Virus record (IMG/VR): IMGVR_UViG_3300017917_005124
Span: 31,438 to 95,437 of that record
DNA: 64,000 bases
DNA from: a virus
Reading direction: 5' to 3' (one strand)
Shown piece by piece: positions 51,675 to 59,556 of this stretch. The first letter of the stretch is position 1, and the number at the start of each line of letters is the position of its first letter. The translations under genes were made by a program, and so were the position numbers. The notes under the pieces were generated by a model. The model saw nothing but the letters and a program-made list of their open reading frames with translations, searched no databases and was not told where the DNA came from.

Positions 51675-51760
51675 CACCACTGGGGTCTCTCATGTAATAT
51701 TGAGTCGTGTCTAACCCAGAATCAGCGGAGCGAAGGCTAAGAAGTTGATGAGAAATGGTG
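51675..51760 (+). ncRNA. unknown structured RNA
   Basis: Nested stems CACCA/TGGTG, CTGGG/CCCAG, ATCAGC/GTTGAT; GC-rich in an AT-rich genome. Confidence 0.4.
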
Positions 51761-51767
51761 CTTATTT

Positions 51768-51856
51768 GGTGAAATGTCCGAGTGGCTTAAGGAGCATGCC
51801 TGGAAAGTATGTGTACTGGGAAACTGGTACCGATGGTTCGAATCCATCTTTCACCG
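51768..51856 (+). tRNA. tRNA-Ser(GGA)
   Basis: GGTGAAA/TTTCACC, loop CTGGAAA, long variable arm, GTTCGAATC. Confidence 0.93.
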
Positions 51857-51908
51857 CAAAAAATGCGGCAAATAAGCGGTTTAATCACCGCAAAAATGCG
51901 GCAAATAA
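51851..51908 (+). repeat. direct repeat of the tRNA 3' end plus trailer
   Basis: TCACCGCAAAAA(A)TGCGGCAAATAA at 51851 and 51885. Confidence 0.9.
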
Positions 51909-51911
51909 AAT

Positions 51912-51985
51912 GGCCCTGTGGCGCAACTGGATAGCGCAGCTCTTTCCTAAAGAGTCGGTTGGAAGTTCGAATCTTCTCAAGGTCA
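51912..51985 (+). tRNA. tRNA-Arg(CCT)
   Basis: GCGC D stem, GCTCT-TTCCTAA-AGAGT, GTTCGAATC. Confidence 0.88.
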
Positions 51986-51991
51986 CAAATA

Positions 51992-52066
51992 TACTTCGTA
52001 GCATAATGGTATGTACCAGGCCTCCAAAACCTTGGATGAATAGAGTTCGATTCTCTAACGAAGTGC
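51992..52066 (+). tRNA. tRNA-Trp(CCA), atypical
   Basis: Loop CTCCAAA, T arm TAGAG-TTCGATT-CTCTA, acceptor TACTTCG/CGAAGTG; imperfect anticodon stem and one extra base. Confidence 0.65.
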
Positions 52067-52129
52067 GAAACTTTTTATAGAAGTATCGAACTTTTAAGAT
52101 TTCTTTAGTATTTATTATTAAAGAATAAT

Positions 52130-52708
52130 ATGAAAGAAGATGTTTTAAGATTGAGAGCTGAGGGGAAGAGTTATAATGAAATACAAAAATTACTTGGATG
52201 CTCAAAAGGAACTATAGCTTATCATTGTGGTAGTGGCCAAAAGGATAAGACAAAAAAGAGGCAAAATAAAAGAAGACAAAATACTTTGCTAAATAAAACT
52301 GATAGGTTTAAATATAGAAATACAGACAATAGTATAGATAGATTAAAAGAATCTAAAAGTAAAAAAAACGTAGTTGAAGGAATTAGAAAATTTCAGAAGA
52401 GAGATAATAGCATAAGTAAGGGTATTAATAAGGATATTGATAAAACTTTTACATGGGAAGATGTGTTGGATAAATTTGGTGAAGATACATTTTGTTATTT
52501 ATCTGGTGAAAAATTGAATTTATTTGAAAATGAATATCAATTGGACCATATAAATCCAGCAAGTAGAGGTGGTGATAATACTTTTGATAATTTAGGAATA
52601 TTACATAGAACTGTAAATTTAATGAAGCACAATTTAACTCCAGAAGAATTAATTGATTGGTGTAAGAAAATTCTGATTTTTAATGGATATGAAGTAAATA
52701 AGAAATAA
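52130..52708 (+). CDS. HNH endonuclease with an N-terminal HTH
   Basis: GKSYNEIQKLLGCSKGTIAYH; CYLSG, LDHINPASRGGDN..NL..VNLMKH. Confidence 0.85.
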   Translation: MKEDVLRLRAEGKSYNEIQKLLGCSKGTIAYHCGSGQKDKTKKRQNKRRQNTLLNKTDRFKYRNTDNSIDRLKESKSKKNVVEGIRKFQKRDNSISKGINKDIDKTFTWEDVLDKFGEDTFCYLSGEKLNLFENEYQLDHINPASRGGDNTFDNLGILHRTVNLMKHNLTPEELIDWCKKILIFNGYEVNKK

Positions 52709-52711
52709 ATA

Positions 52712-52784
52712 CATAGGTGACAAGCTTGGTGTCGGTAAGGTTCGCAAAACCTCTACGAGTCGCCTCTATTGCGACCATCTATGC
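52712..52784 (+). ncRNA. tRNA-like element (Cys GCA-like, noncanonical)
   Basis: CATAGGTG/CATCTATG, GACA/TGTC, AGGT-TCGCAAA-ACCT, GTCGC-CTCTATT-GCGAC; followed by a terminator. Confidence 0.55.
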
Positions 52785-52821
52785 AAAAAAGTCTTTGATA
52801 GTTTATTATCAAGGACTTTTT
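52785..52821 (+). terminator. terminator closing the tRNA cluster
   Basis: AAAAAAGTCTTTGATAG/TTATCAAGGACTTTTT. Confidence 0.75.
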
Positions 52822-53020
52822 ATATTATAGAACTAATTATTGGAATAAAAAGTTTCCTGATTCTAAAAGAAATAAGTAAATTTAATCTATTTATAATAAA
52901 CCAAAAAAAACAAATTATTATGAGAGAGTTTATTATGACACCAAAGAGAATGCATAGACTACCTAGAAGATGTAAGAGCGGATGTTAGCTTTGCTTGAAT
53001 TTATATTTTAAAAAAATAAA

Positions 53021-53782
53021 ATGATAGAAGTTATCATATATAGTTTATCAGACCCATTTACAGGAAAAATTCGATATATTGGAAAATGTACAAATCCTTC
53101 AAAGAGACTTAAAGAGCATTTAAAAGAAAAATCTGATACCCATAAGTCACGTTGGATTAAAAGTCTTATTAAATTAGGACAAAATCCAATCATAGAAGAA
53201 TTAGATGTAATTCCAGAAAATGAATGGGAATTCTGGGAGAGATATTGGATTTCTCAGATAAAAGCATGGGGATTTTCATTAACCAATGCTACTGAAGGAG
53301 GAGAAGGGGGAGATATTATTGGAAAATTAGACAAAGAACAAAAGTTGCTGTTTTTAGAAAAAGTTTCTAAAGCAAGCAAAAAAAGGTGGGAAAATATGTC
53401 AGAAGCCGATAGAGAATTAGATAGTAAACAAAAGAGTGAACGAATGAGTAAAAACAATCCTATGAAAAATGTGGATGTTGCAAAAAAAGTATCAATTAAA
53501 TCTAAGCTTCACATTGGTGAATTAAATGGTTTTTTTGGAAAATCCCACTCCGATATATCAAAACAAAATATTTCAAAAACAAAAATAAAAAATTTAAAAT
53601 CAAACAAAAGTGCAAAAATAATATTAAAAATTGATTGTAAAACAGGAGGAGTACTTGATGAATACTATTCTTTAGGTGATGCAGCAAGAATAAATAAATT
53701 TAATAAGAGCAATATTAAAAATGCGATTTATAATAGAAAAGGCCAAAAAACAGCTAACGGATATATATGGAAGTACAAATAG
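53021..53782 (+). CDS. GIY-YIG homing endonuclease with NUMOD3/NUMOD1-like modules
   Basis: IIYSLSDP...IRYIGK..NPSKRLKEH, ERYWI, LTNATEGGEG, NGFFGKSHS, TANGYIWKY. Confidence 0.88.
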   Translation: MIEVIIYSLSDPFTGKIRYIGKCTNPSKRLKEHLKEKSDTHKSRWIKSLIKLGQNPIIEELDVIPENEWEFWERYWISQIKAWGFSLTNATEGGEGGDIIGKLDKEQKLLFLEKVSKASKKRWENMSEADRELDSKQKSERMSKNNPMKNVDVAKKVSIKSKLHIGELNGFFGKSHSDISKQNISKTKIKNLKSNKSAKIILKIDCKTGGVLDEYYSLGDAARINKFNKSNIKNAIYNRKGQKTANGYIWKYK

Positions 53783-54063
53783 TAGATTTTTTAGAAATAG
53801 TATTTTCAACAATTGGCATTGTGTTTATAATAACACAATCTAGTGGCTTTTTTGAAAAAATAAGAAATTTTTCAAAAAAGAAAAGTCCTAAATTTTTTGG
53901 AAAGCTATTAAGCTGCCCCCTTTGTTTAGGTACATATATGGGAATGTTGTCATATATTATTCATTATTATGGATTTTGTATTATAAACTATGGGTTTATT
54001 GGCAGTATATTTTCATACATGTTTTATCTTATACTATGTCCTCTTATGAAAAAGTACGATTAA
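53767..54063 (+). CDS. small membrane protein with CxxC (DUF1360-like)
   Basis: FEKIR...GKLLSCPLCLGTY; hydrophobic. Confidence 0.7.
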   Translation: MEVQIVDFLEIVFSTIGIVFIITQSSGFFEKIRNFSKKKSPKFFGKLLSCPLCLGTYMGMLSYIIHYYGFCIINYGFIGSIFSYMFYLILCPLMKKYD

Positions 54064-54100
54064 ATATTGATATAAATCAAATAAATTCATATTTTTTGTT

Positions 54101-54478
54101 ATGATTAAATTTAGAATTTATAGAAATCTACATAAAGGAAATTTTTCAATCCAATCTTATATCCAAGAAAAGAGTGGTTATCGTGTAACAGACAGAGTAA
54201 CTTCAGCGATTATTGAAGATTGTTCCTTCAGAGTTTATGAGTCTGGGAGACAAAAGGTTCTGCGAGAGAGGAAAAAGAATGTGCACGCATATGTGGAGTC
54301 AAAATCTTATAGACATATTCAAGGTGAGGTTGATGTCACAAATCTTAGAGAGATTTACTACAATCCATATAACCATGAGTATTTTATATATAAAGATACG
54401 GGCGAGGAAGTGAAAGAGGTTAGAAAAATTTTAACTTATAAAAATAAACTTTATGATGTTAGTAGAAATTTAGTATAG
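54101..54478 (+). CDS. hypothetical phage protein
   Basis: YRNLHK..FSI...GRQKVLRERKKNVHAYV...YYNPY. Confidence 0.8.
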   Translation: MIKFRIYRNLHKGNFSIQSYIQEKSGYRVTDRVTSAIIEDCSFRVYESGRQKVLRERKKNVHAYVESKSYRHIQGEVDVTNLREIYYNPYNHEYFIYKDTGEEVKEVRKILTYKNKLYDVSRNLV

Positions 54479-54514
54479 ATTTTTTTTGAGCCTATTTATT
54501 TATAAAGTTTATAT

Positions 54515-55144
54515 ATGGGAAATAAAAAAGAGCTTATGCATTCTTTTAGGGCAGCGGTTAGAATTGTTGAAAATACTCTTTTCGGAAAAACCCCGTTCAA
54601 GGTGGTTGAATTTTACGAAAATGGAGAACATGGTCCATATGCAAAAGTTGATATAGGCGGAGAAAGGTTTAAAGTTGCTCCAGATGTTACTGGAAATAAG
54701 ATTTGGGTTATAGAACTTCCAATTGAAAATACAACATTAACTGGATTAAGTTCTGGATTTGCGGGATTTCCCACTGAAGTTGCAGGCGCAATAGATAGAT
54801 ATTATTCAGAAAAACCAAAGGGCCCATTTCAAAAATTATCAGGTATTGGTACTATAAATTTGAATGAGATAATAAAGGAGGAGGTTGAAAAGGTTTTTGA
54901 TGAAAAAAGTGAATTATCATTAGAGGCTGAAATTTCTTCTGCTCTTGGATTTATTCAGGATATAAATTCTTCTCTAAAGAAGATAGAGTCCCAAAAAAAG
55001 TTAAACAACACTAGTTCAGAGGTTGATAAATTGTTGGGAGAAGCTATATTTAATTTGAATAAATCAATAAAAGCTTATTTTAAAGAAGTTCCAGAAGATT
55101 TAAAGTCTACAATTTTAAGTAGAATTGGTGAAGTTAAAATTTAA
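54515..55144 (+). CDS. hypothetical protein (internal LNEIIKEE motif)
   Basis: 209 aa; TATTTATA upstream. Confidence 0.8.
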   Translation: MGNKKELMHSFRAAVRIVENTLFGKTPFKVVEFYENGEHGPYAKVDIGGERFKVAPDVTGNKIWVIELPIENTTLTGLSSGFAGFPTEVAGAIDRYYSEKPKGPFQKLSGIGTINLNEIIKEEVEKVFDEKSELSLEAEISSALGFIQDINSSLKKIESQKKLNNTSSEVDKLLGEAIFNLNKSIKAYFKEVPEDLKSTILSRIGEVKI

Positions 55145-55149
55145 AAGTG

Positions 55150-55584
55150 ATGAATATTAGAAAAATTATAAAAGAAGAGTTAAATAGTGTATTTAATGAA
55201 GATAGTAATGGTATTGTAGGGTTGGATATACTTAATCATTTCCCTTTTTCTGAATTGCCAGAAAATAGATTAGATGGTGATTGGCAAAAAGGGGTTCCAG
55301 GATGGGGTAAAGTATTTATTCCAGGTTTAAATGCAGTTGATGCTGAGCAGCAAGTTGTTTCTAAAGATGATTTTACATATAGAGAAGTTGAAGGTCCGAA
55401 GATGGTTCATAAGTATGATGGATATATAGAAAACTTTAAGAAAATGTTTGGTGAAGAACCAGTTTTTTCAATTAATCCAAGTGCTGATTGGTATAATAAG
55501 GTTAAAATAATTAATCCTAAATTTAAACAATGGAGAGAAAGTGGGATTAAAAATAAATCAATATCTGGAGGTTTTGATGAATAA
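55150..55584 (+). CDS. hypothetical protein (IRKIIKEE N-terminal motif)
   Basis: ORF in the same operon as its neighbours. Confidence 0.8.
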   Translation: MNIRKIIKEELNSVFNEDSNGIVGLDILNHFPFSELPENRLDGDWQKGVPGWGKVFIPGLNAVDAEQQVVSKDDFTYREVEGPKMVHKYDGYIENFKKMFGEEPVFSINPSADWYNKVKIINPKFKQWRESGIKNKSISGGFDE

Positions 55585-55601
55585 AACTTTTAAATATAAA
55601 G

Positions 55602-56615
55602 ATGAATATAAGGCAGATAATAAGGGAAGAAATTTGCAACATTATACATAAATCAAATAATGTTAATGTTGGTATTATTAGTGAAAACCAAAAGCCTTTA
55701 CCAAGACAATTTGACCACTTAAAGTGGAAGTTGAGCAATAATCAAAAATATTATCTCCAGGACCTTTGTGAGGTTGACCCAGATTCTATTGTTGAATCAG
55801 ATTATAAGAATGCTGCAAATTTTCTTGGAATACCAGAAAAGAATATAAAGTCTATTATAAATACTTACAATGTTTATGATAAAGTGTCTGAATCTGTTTT
55901 TGAGCTATCTTCAGATTCTCCATTTATATTTGGAAATAAACCTATTACTGTTGGCGATGTGTTAAGTGCGGCTGAGGTAAATAGAGCTCCATCTAGAGTT
56001 GAGATAACAATCAAACCAGTTCAAGACATGGTTACTCCTGCATATAGAAAAACTATGAGCAATGCTCAGGAAAAGAATATGATTATTGATAGGGATGGTA
56101 AATATTCTGATAGGGAAAAATATTATGAAAACCTTAAAACATCATTGATGATGTATCTTTTTTGTGAGCTTAATCCAAAAGATATTTCTTTGAATCATAG
56201 GGGAAAAATAAAGATTGACCAAGAACCAATCATTGAAGAACATGAAACTTTTAATATGGAAAATCGCACATTCAGAAATATAAAGACGCTTCTCAAGAAT
56301 TTTAATAAAATGTTTGATTGTAATTTTAGGATTTCAGAGCACATTGACTTAAGTAAAGATAAGAAGTGTCATAGAACAATAATTGAGTTATTTGGTCTTG
56401 CCTCAGATAAGTGGTATTGGGATGGAGATAAATCTTGGGTAAAACCTGGTAATCCTAGATATAATGAATTTAAGGAAAAATATATTGAGAATGATGGGAT
56501 GACCCATCCAATGCCTGAAGTTCCAGTTGTAAATCACAAAGAACTCCTTAAAAAATATTTCAATGGCGATTTGATAAGTTATAATCCAAATTCAGATTGG
56601 ATATTAGATAAATAA
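55602..56615 (+). CDS. hypothetical protein (IRQIIREE N-terminal motif)
   Basis: 337-aa ORF. Confidence 0.8.
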   Translation: MNIRQIIREEICNIIHKSNNVNVGIISENQKPLPRQFDHLKWKLSNNQKYYLQDLCEVDPDSIVESDYKNAANFLGIPEKNIKSIINTYNVYDKVSESVFELSSDSPFIFGNKPITVGDVLSAAEVNRAPSRVEITIKPVQDMVTPAYRKTMSNAQEKNMIIDRDGKYSDREKYYENLKTSLMMYLFCELNPKDISLNHRGKIKIDQEPIIEEHETFNMENRTFRNIKTLLKNFNKMFDCNFRISEHIDLSKDKKCHRTIIELFGLASDKWYWDGDKSWVKPGNPRYNEFKEKYIENDGMTHPMPEVPVVNHKELLKKYFNGDLISYNPNSDWILDK

Positions 56616-56756
56616 TTAAAAATCAGTTACTTATATTTTTTTTATTAAAAATATTTTTATTAAAAAGCTTTCTTTTTTACCCTATTTTTGTTTTATTTTA
56701 CTATTTATAGATATATAATATTATAGAGTTCTTTGAAGATATTAAAATTTAAAATT

Positions 56757-57074
56757 ATGGAAAATTTAAAATTTATTAGACCTAAGGATTGTGATTTAGG
56801 TGATAATGTAGAGGATTATTTAATTCAAATTAGCAATATTAAAAAAGGGGAGACGATTTACGAGTGTAATTATGGTAGAAACGTGCAATTAAAGGCTTTA
56901 GAGGATGCTAAAAAAACAGAAGAAGGTTGGGTTTGTTGTGTTGAAACTTTGAGTGGAGAAATAGGGGAGTTGTTTTTGTCGGCTAGTACAGAATATGTTG
57001 GAATTAAGTTATTTAAAACTCCTCAATACTTAGAGTATGATGAAAAAAAAGGTTATATATACCCTATAATTTAA
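56757..57074 (+). CDS. hypothetical protein
   Basis: ATG 56757 (MENLKF); TATTTATA at 56702. Confidence 0.7.
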   Translation: MENLKFIRPKDCDLGDNVEDYLIQISNIKKGETIYECNYGRNVQLKALEDAKKTEEGWVCCVETLSGEIGELFLSASTEYVGIKLFKTPQYLEYDEKKGYIYPII

Positions 57075-57078
57075 AAAT

Positions 57079-57106
57079 TGAAACATTTTATTTTATAAAA
57101 CGTATA
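57079..57106 (+). promoter_or_regulatory. ECF-type promoter TGAAAC-N16-CGTATA
   Basis: Exact motif, immediately followed by a terminator-like hairpin. Confidence 0.65.
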
Positions 57107-57319
57107 AAAAAGGGAAATCATTAATTTGGTTTCCCTTTTTTTATTTTATATATTTGCGCTATGAATGTAATAAGGCTTTTGCTATTTTTATGGTTGCTGC
57201 ATCAATCGCTGCAACAACAACTATTTCTATACATGAGTATAGTAAATTTAAGGTCAAGGAAAAAGAGTTTCAGTTAAAAATTGAGCAAGAAAAAACAAAG
57301 CAACTAAAATACAAATCAG

Positions 57320-58090
57320 ATGTTAGGAAAAATTAAGCTATCAGACTTTGCGCTAAGACATTTCGACTCAGAATTTGGTGGAACAAAGATTTTGAGTATA
57401 GACCCAAAGGAATTTGAGGAAAGACTTAATAGTGAGATGGAAATATACAGCAATAGTTTAGACCCAGAGGGTGGAGATTCAATTGTTGTTAATATAATGA
57501 ATGGATATGCTCCATTCTGCAAGCTTCTTGCAATAGAAAACTTCACAGATGCAAAGACTGGAACACTACCAATCACAATTGAGAATCATCAATACCTTAG
57601 AAGTGGATATTCAGCGAGAAGAGAAGGTGAATTTGCTGTATTCTCTCAATGGCTTGAATTGCCAATGAAAAGCTTAATTCCAAAGGCTAAGTACTTAATC
57701 ATCATTCTATATGACAAGAATCAAATGAACAAGGAGTTGAAATCAGACTACCAAAAGAAGTTGGCAGATAATAGTATTGATTCAATTGGCATTGAAGCTC
57801 CTGAGCCATTCGAGGCTGACTGGGGTGTTGTCGCTATTCTTGGTCAAATGCAACCAAAGGAAGAGCCGATGAAGCCTATTACGATGATGAGAAACTATAT
57901 GGATATATCAATGGGTGGAAGTGGGATGAAAATGCCTATTCCTCCAATTAAGCCAGATGTACCAGAGATTAGTGAGCTAATGGCTGAGTACAATAAATCT
58001 GTTGCGCTTTATAATGATGAAATGCGAGAGATTAGAGATAAATATCAGAAGTCAATAGATTTTTGGAGCAAAAATGTAACGGTTAAATGA
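57320..58090 (+). CDS. DUF3228-like protein
   Basis: GYAPFCK, LRSGYSARRE.E..V..W, AKYL.IILY, WGVVAI, PMKPITMMRN..GGSG. Confidence 0.75.
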   Translation: MLGKIKLSDFALRHFDSEFGGTKILSIDPKEFEERLNSEMEIYSNSLDPEGGDSIVVNIMNGYAPFCKLLAIENFTDAKTGTLPITIENHQYLRSGYSARREGEFAVFSQWLELPMKSLIPKAKYLIIILYDKNQMNKELKSDYQKKLADNSIDSIGIEAPEPFEADWGVVAILGQMQPKEEPMKPITMMRNYMDISMGGSGMKMPIPPIKPDVPEISELMAEYNKSVALYNDEMREIRDKYQKSIDFWSKNVTVK

Positions 58091-58233
58091 TGGTATTTAG
58101 ATTAATTGCATCCTTAATTCTTAAGGCTATATCACTACCATTTATGATTATTGGATTATTTGGGCTTTGTATTTATGTGGTGTCAAATATTTTTTATAAA
58201 TTTTCAGACAATTATTTATATACTAAAAAATAA
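58087..58233 (+). CDS. small membrane peptide (48 aa)
   Basis: ATGA overlap; hydrophobic MMVFRLIASLILKAISLPFMIIGLFGLCIYVV. Confidence 0.5.
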   Translation: MMVFRLIASLILKAISLPFMIIGLFGLCIYVVSNIFYKFSDNYLYTKK

Positions 58234-58245
58234 TTATCAAATATT

Positions 58246-58273
58246 TGAAACATTTTATAATGCTTTGCGTATA
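58246..58273 (+). promoter_or_regulatory. ECF-type promoter TGAAAC-N16-CGTATA
   Basis: Exact motif upstream of the lipoprotein gene. Confidence 0.7.
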
Positions 58274-58301
58274 AGTAAGTATAATCAATAAAATTAGAAA
58301 T

Positions 58302-58772
58302 ATGAAAAGTTTATTTTTATTTATTGCAACTTTATTTGTCTTGACTTCTTGTGATGGAGTTAATGTGGGTCCTGGACCTGGACCACTTGAAGACGAAAAA
58401 GTTGAGGAAGAAAAAGTTGAGGAAGAAAAATTAGACTTTTCTAACCCTTCAGTATTTATGGGGTCAGACTTCGGAAACTTCTTTAAGATTCTTTATGCTC
58501 AAGGAAAATATGATGAGATGATTAAATTCACCTCTAAGACTTCTATTGACAAGTTCGGAAAGGATAAAGTTCTTGAATTCTATAAGAATGACCTTAAATT
58601 TGGCTACGAAATAGGTAAGCCTCACTCAAAGACTGTAAGTGGAGATACCATTACGCTTAACTATAATGCAAACATTGTTGCAACAAAAAAGGTTGTTAGA
58701 ATTAAAGTAATTGTTGAAAATGACTCTTGTAAAATTGTATTACCAGAAAAAATAAATAATTTTCCAAGCTAA
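58302..58772 (+). CDS. lipoprotein
   Basis: MKSLFLFIATLFVLTS|C lipobox; EKVEE duplicated. Confidence 0.8.
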   Translation: MKSLFLFIATLFVLTSCDGVNVGPGPGPLEDEKVEEEKVEEEKLDFSNPSVFMGSDFGNFFKILYAQGKYDEMIKFTSKTSIDKFGKDKVLEFYKNDLKFGYEIGKPHSKTVSGDTITLNYNANIVATKKVVRIKVIVENDSCKIVLPEKINNFPS

Positions 58773-58833
58773 AATTTGCATATGTTGTAAAATTTAGCTT
58801 TTTTTGTACTCAAAATCTAAATTAATAAATAAA

Positions 58834-59541
58834 ATGTCAGAAGAAAACGAACCAAAAAAGAAAAAAGGAAATTTTTTCACAAATCTCCTATTCACAGAAG
58901 AAGAGACTGCAGAATCTGCAAATTCTGTATCTGTTGAGGAAGTGCCAACTATTGCAAGTACACCAAGTGTATCGCTAACACAGAACTTTAATGTTCAAGT
59001 AACTGGAGATGGGGCATTTGATAAAACATTCAGTGACTCATTTCAGCAAATAATTGCAGATAACAATATTCAAGGTATTGACTACTTTGAATTTGCTCAA
59101 GCACTTAAGAGTATGGGTGGAATTGCTGGTCAGAGTGAGTCAGTAAACTTCCAATCAGTATTTAACATACTTAAAGTAAGTGATTCTACTTTAACAAAGG
59201 ATAAGTTGACTAAGGCTATTGAGCACTATGTTGGCGTATTAAAGGCAGAAGAAGCTGAGTTTAAGTCAGAAATGGAATCAAGTATTCAGAGGGAAGTAAC
59301 TTCTCGAAGAGAGAGGGCTGAGTCATTGACCGAGGAAAACAAGATGCTGGTTCAAAAGATTCAAGAAATAAATGACAATATACAAAAGAATAATGAAGAA
59401 GTATTGTCTTTAAATTCTGAGGCTGCTAGTGCAGAGGCTAAAATTGGTCAAACGCATAAGAACTTTATCACAACTCTTGCATATGTAATTTCAGGGCTTG
59501 AGACTGATAAGGAAAAAATCAATCAATTAATCAAAGAATAA
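58834..59541 (+). CDS. coiled-coil protein of the envelope module
   Basis: GIDYFEF motif and a C-terminal coiled coil. Confidence 0.8.
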   Translation: MSEENEPKKKKGNFFTNLLFTEEETAESANSVSVEEVPTIASTPSVSLTQNFNVQVTGDGAFDKTFSDSFQQIIADNNIQGIDYFEFAQALKSMGGIAGQSESVNFQSVFNILKVSDSTLTKDKLTKAIEHYVGVLKAEEAEFKSEMESSIQREVTSRRERAESLTEENKMLVQKIQEINDNIQKNNEEVLSLNSEAASAEAKIGQTHKNFITTLAYVISGLETDKEKINQLIKE

Positions 59542-59556
59542 TTAAACAAAAAAGAA

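Noticed and set aside
51743-51755. Hammerhead ribozyme core (TTGATGAGAAA)
   Set aside because: It lacks CTGA and has no stem II between the TGATGA and GAAA elements.
51421-52205. ORFs 51421-51630, 51745-52080, 51298-51576 and 51885-52205
   Set aside because: They overlap clear tRNA genes and are by-products of the local GC content.
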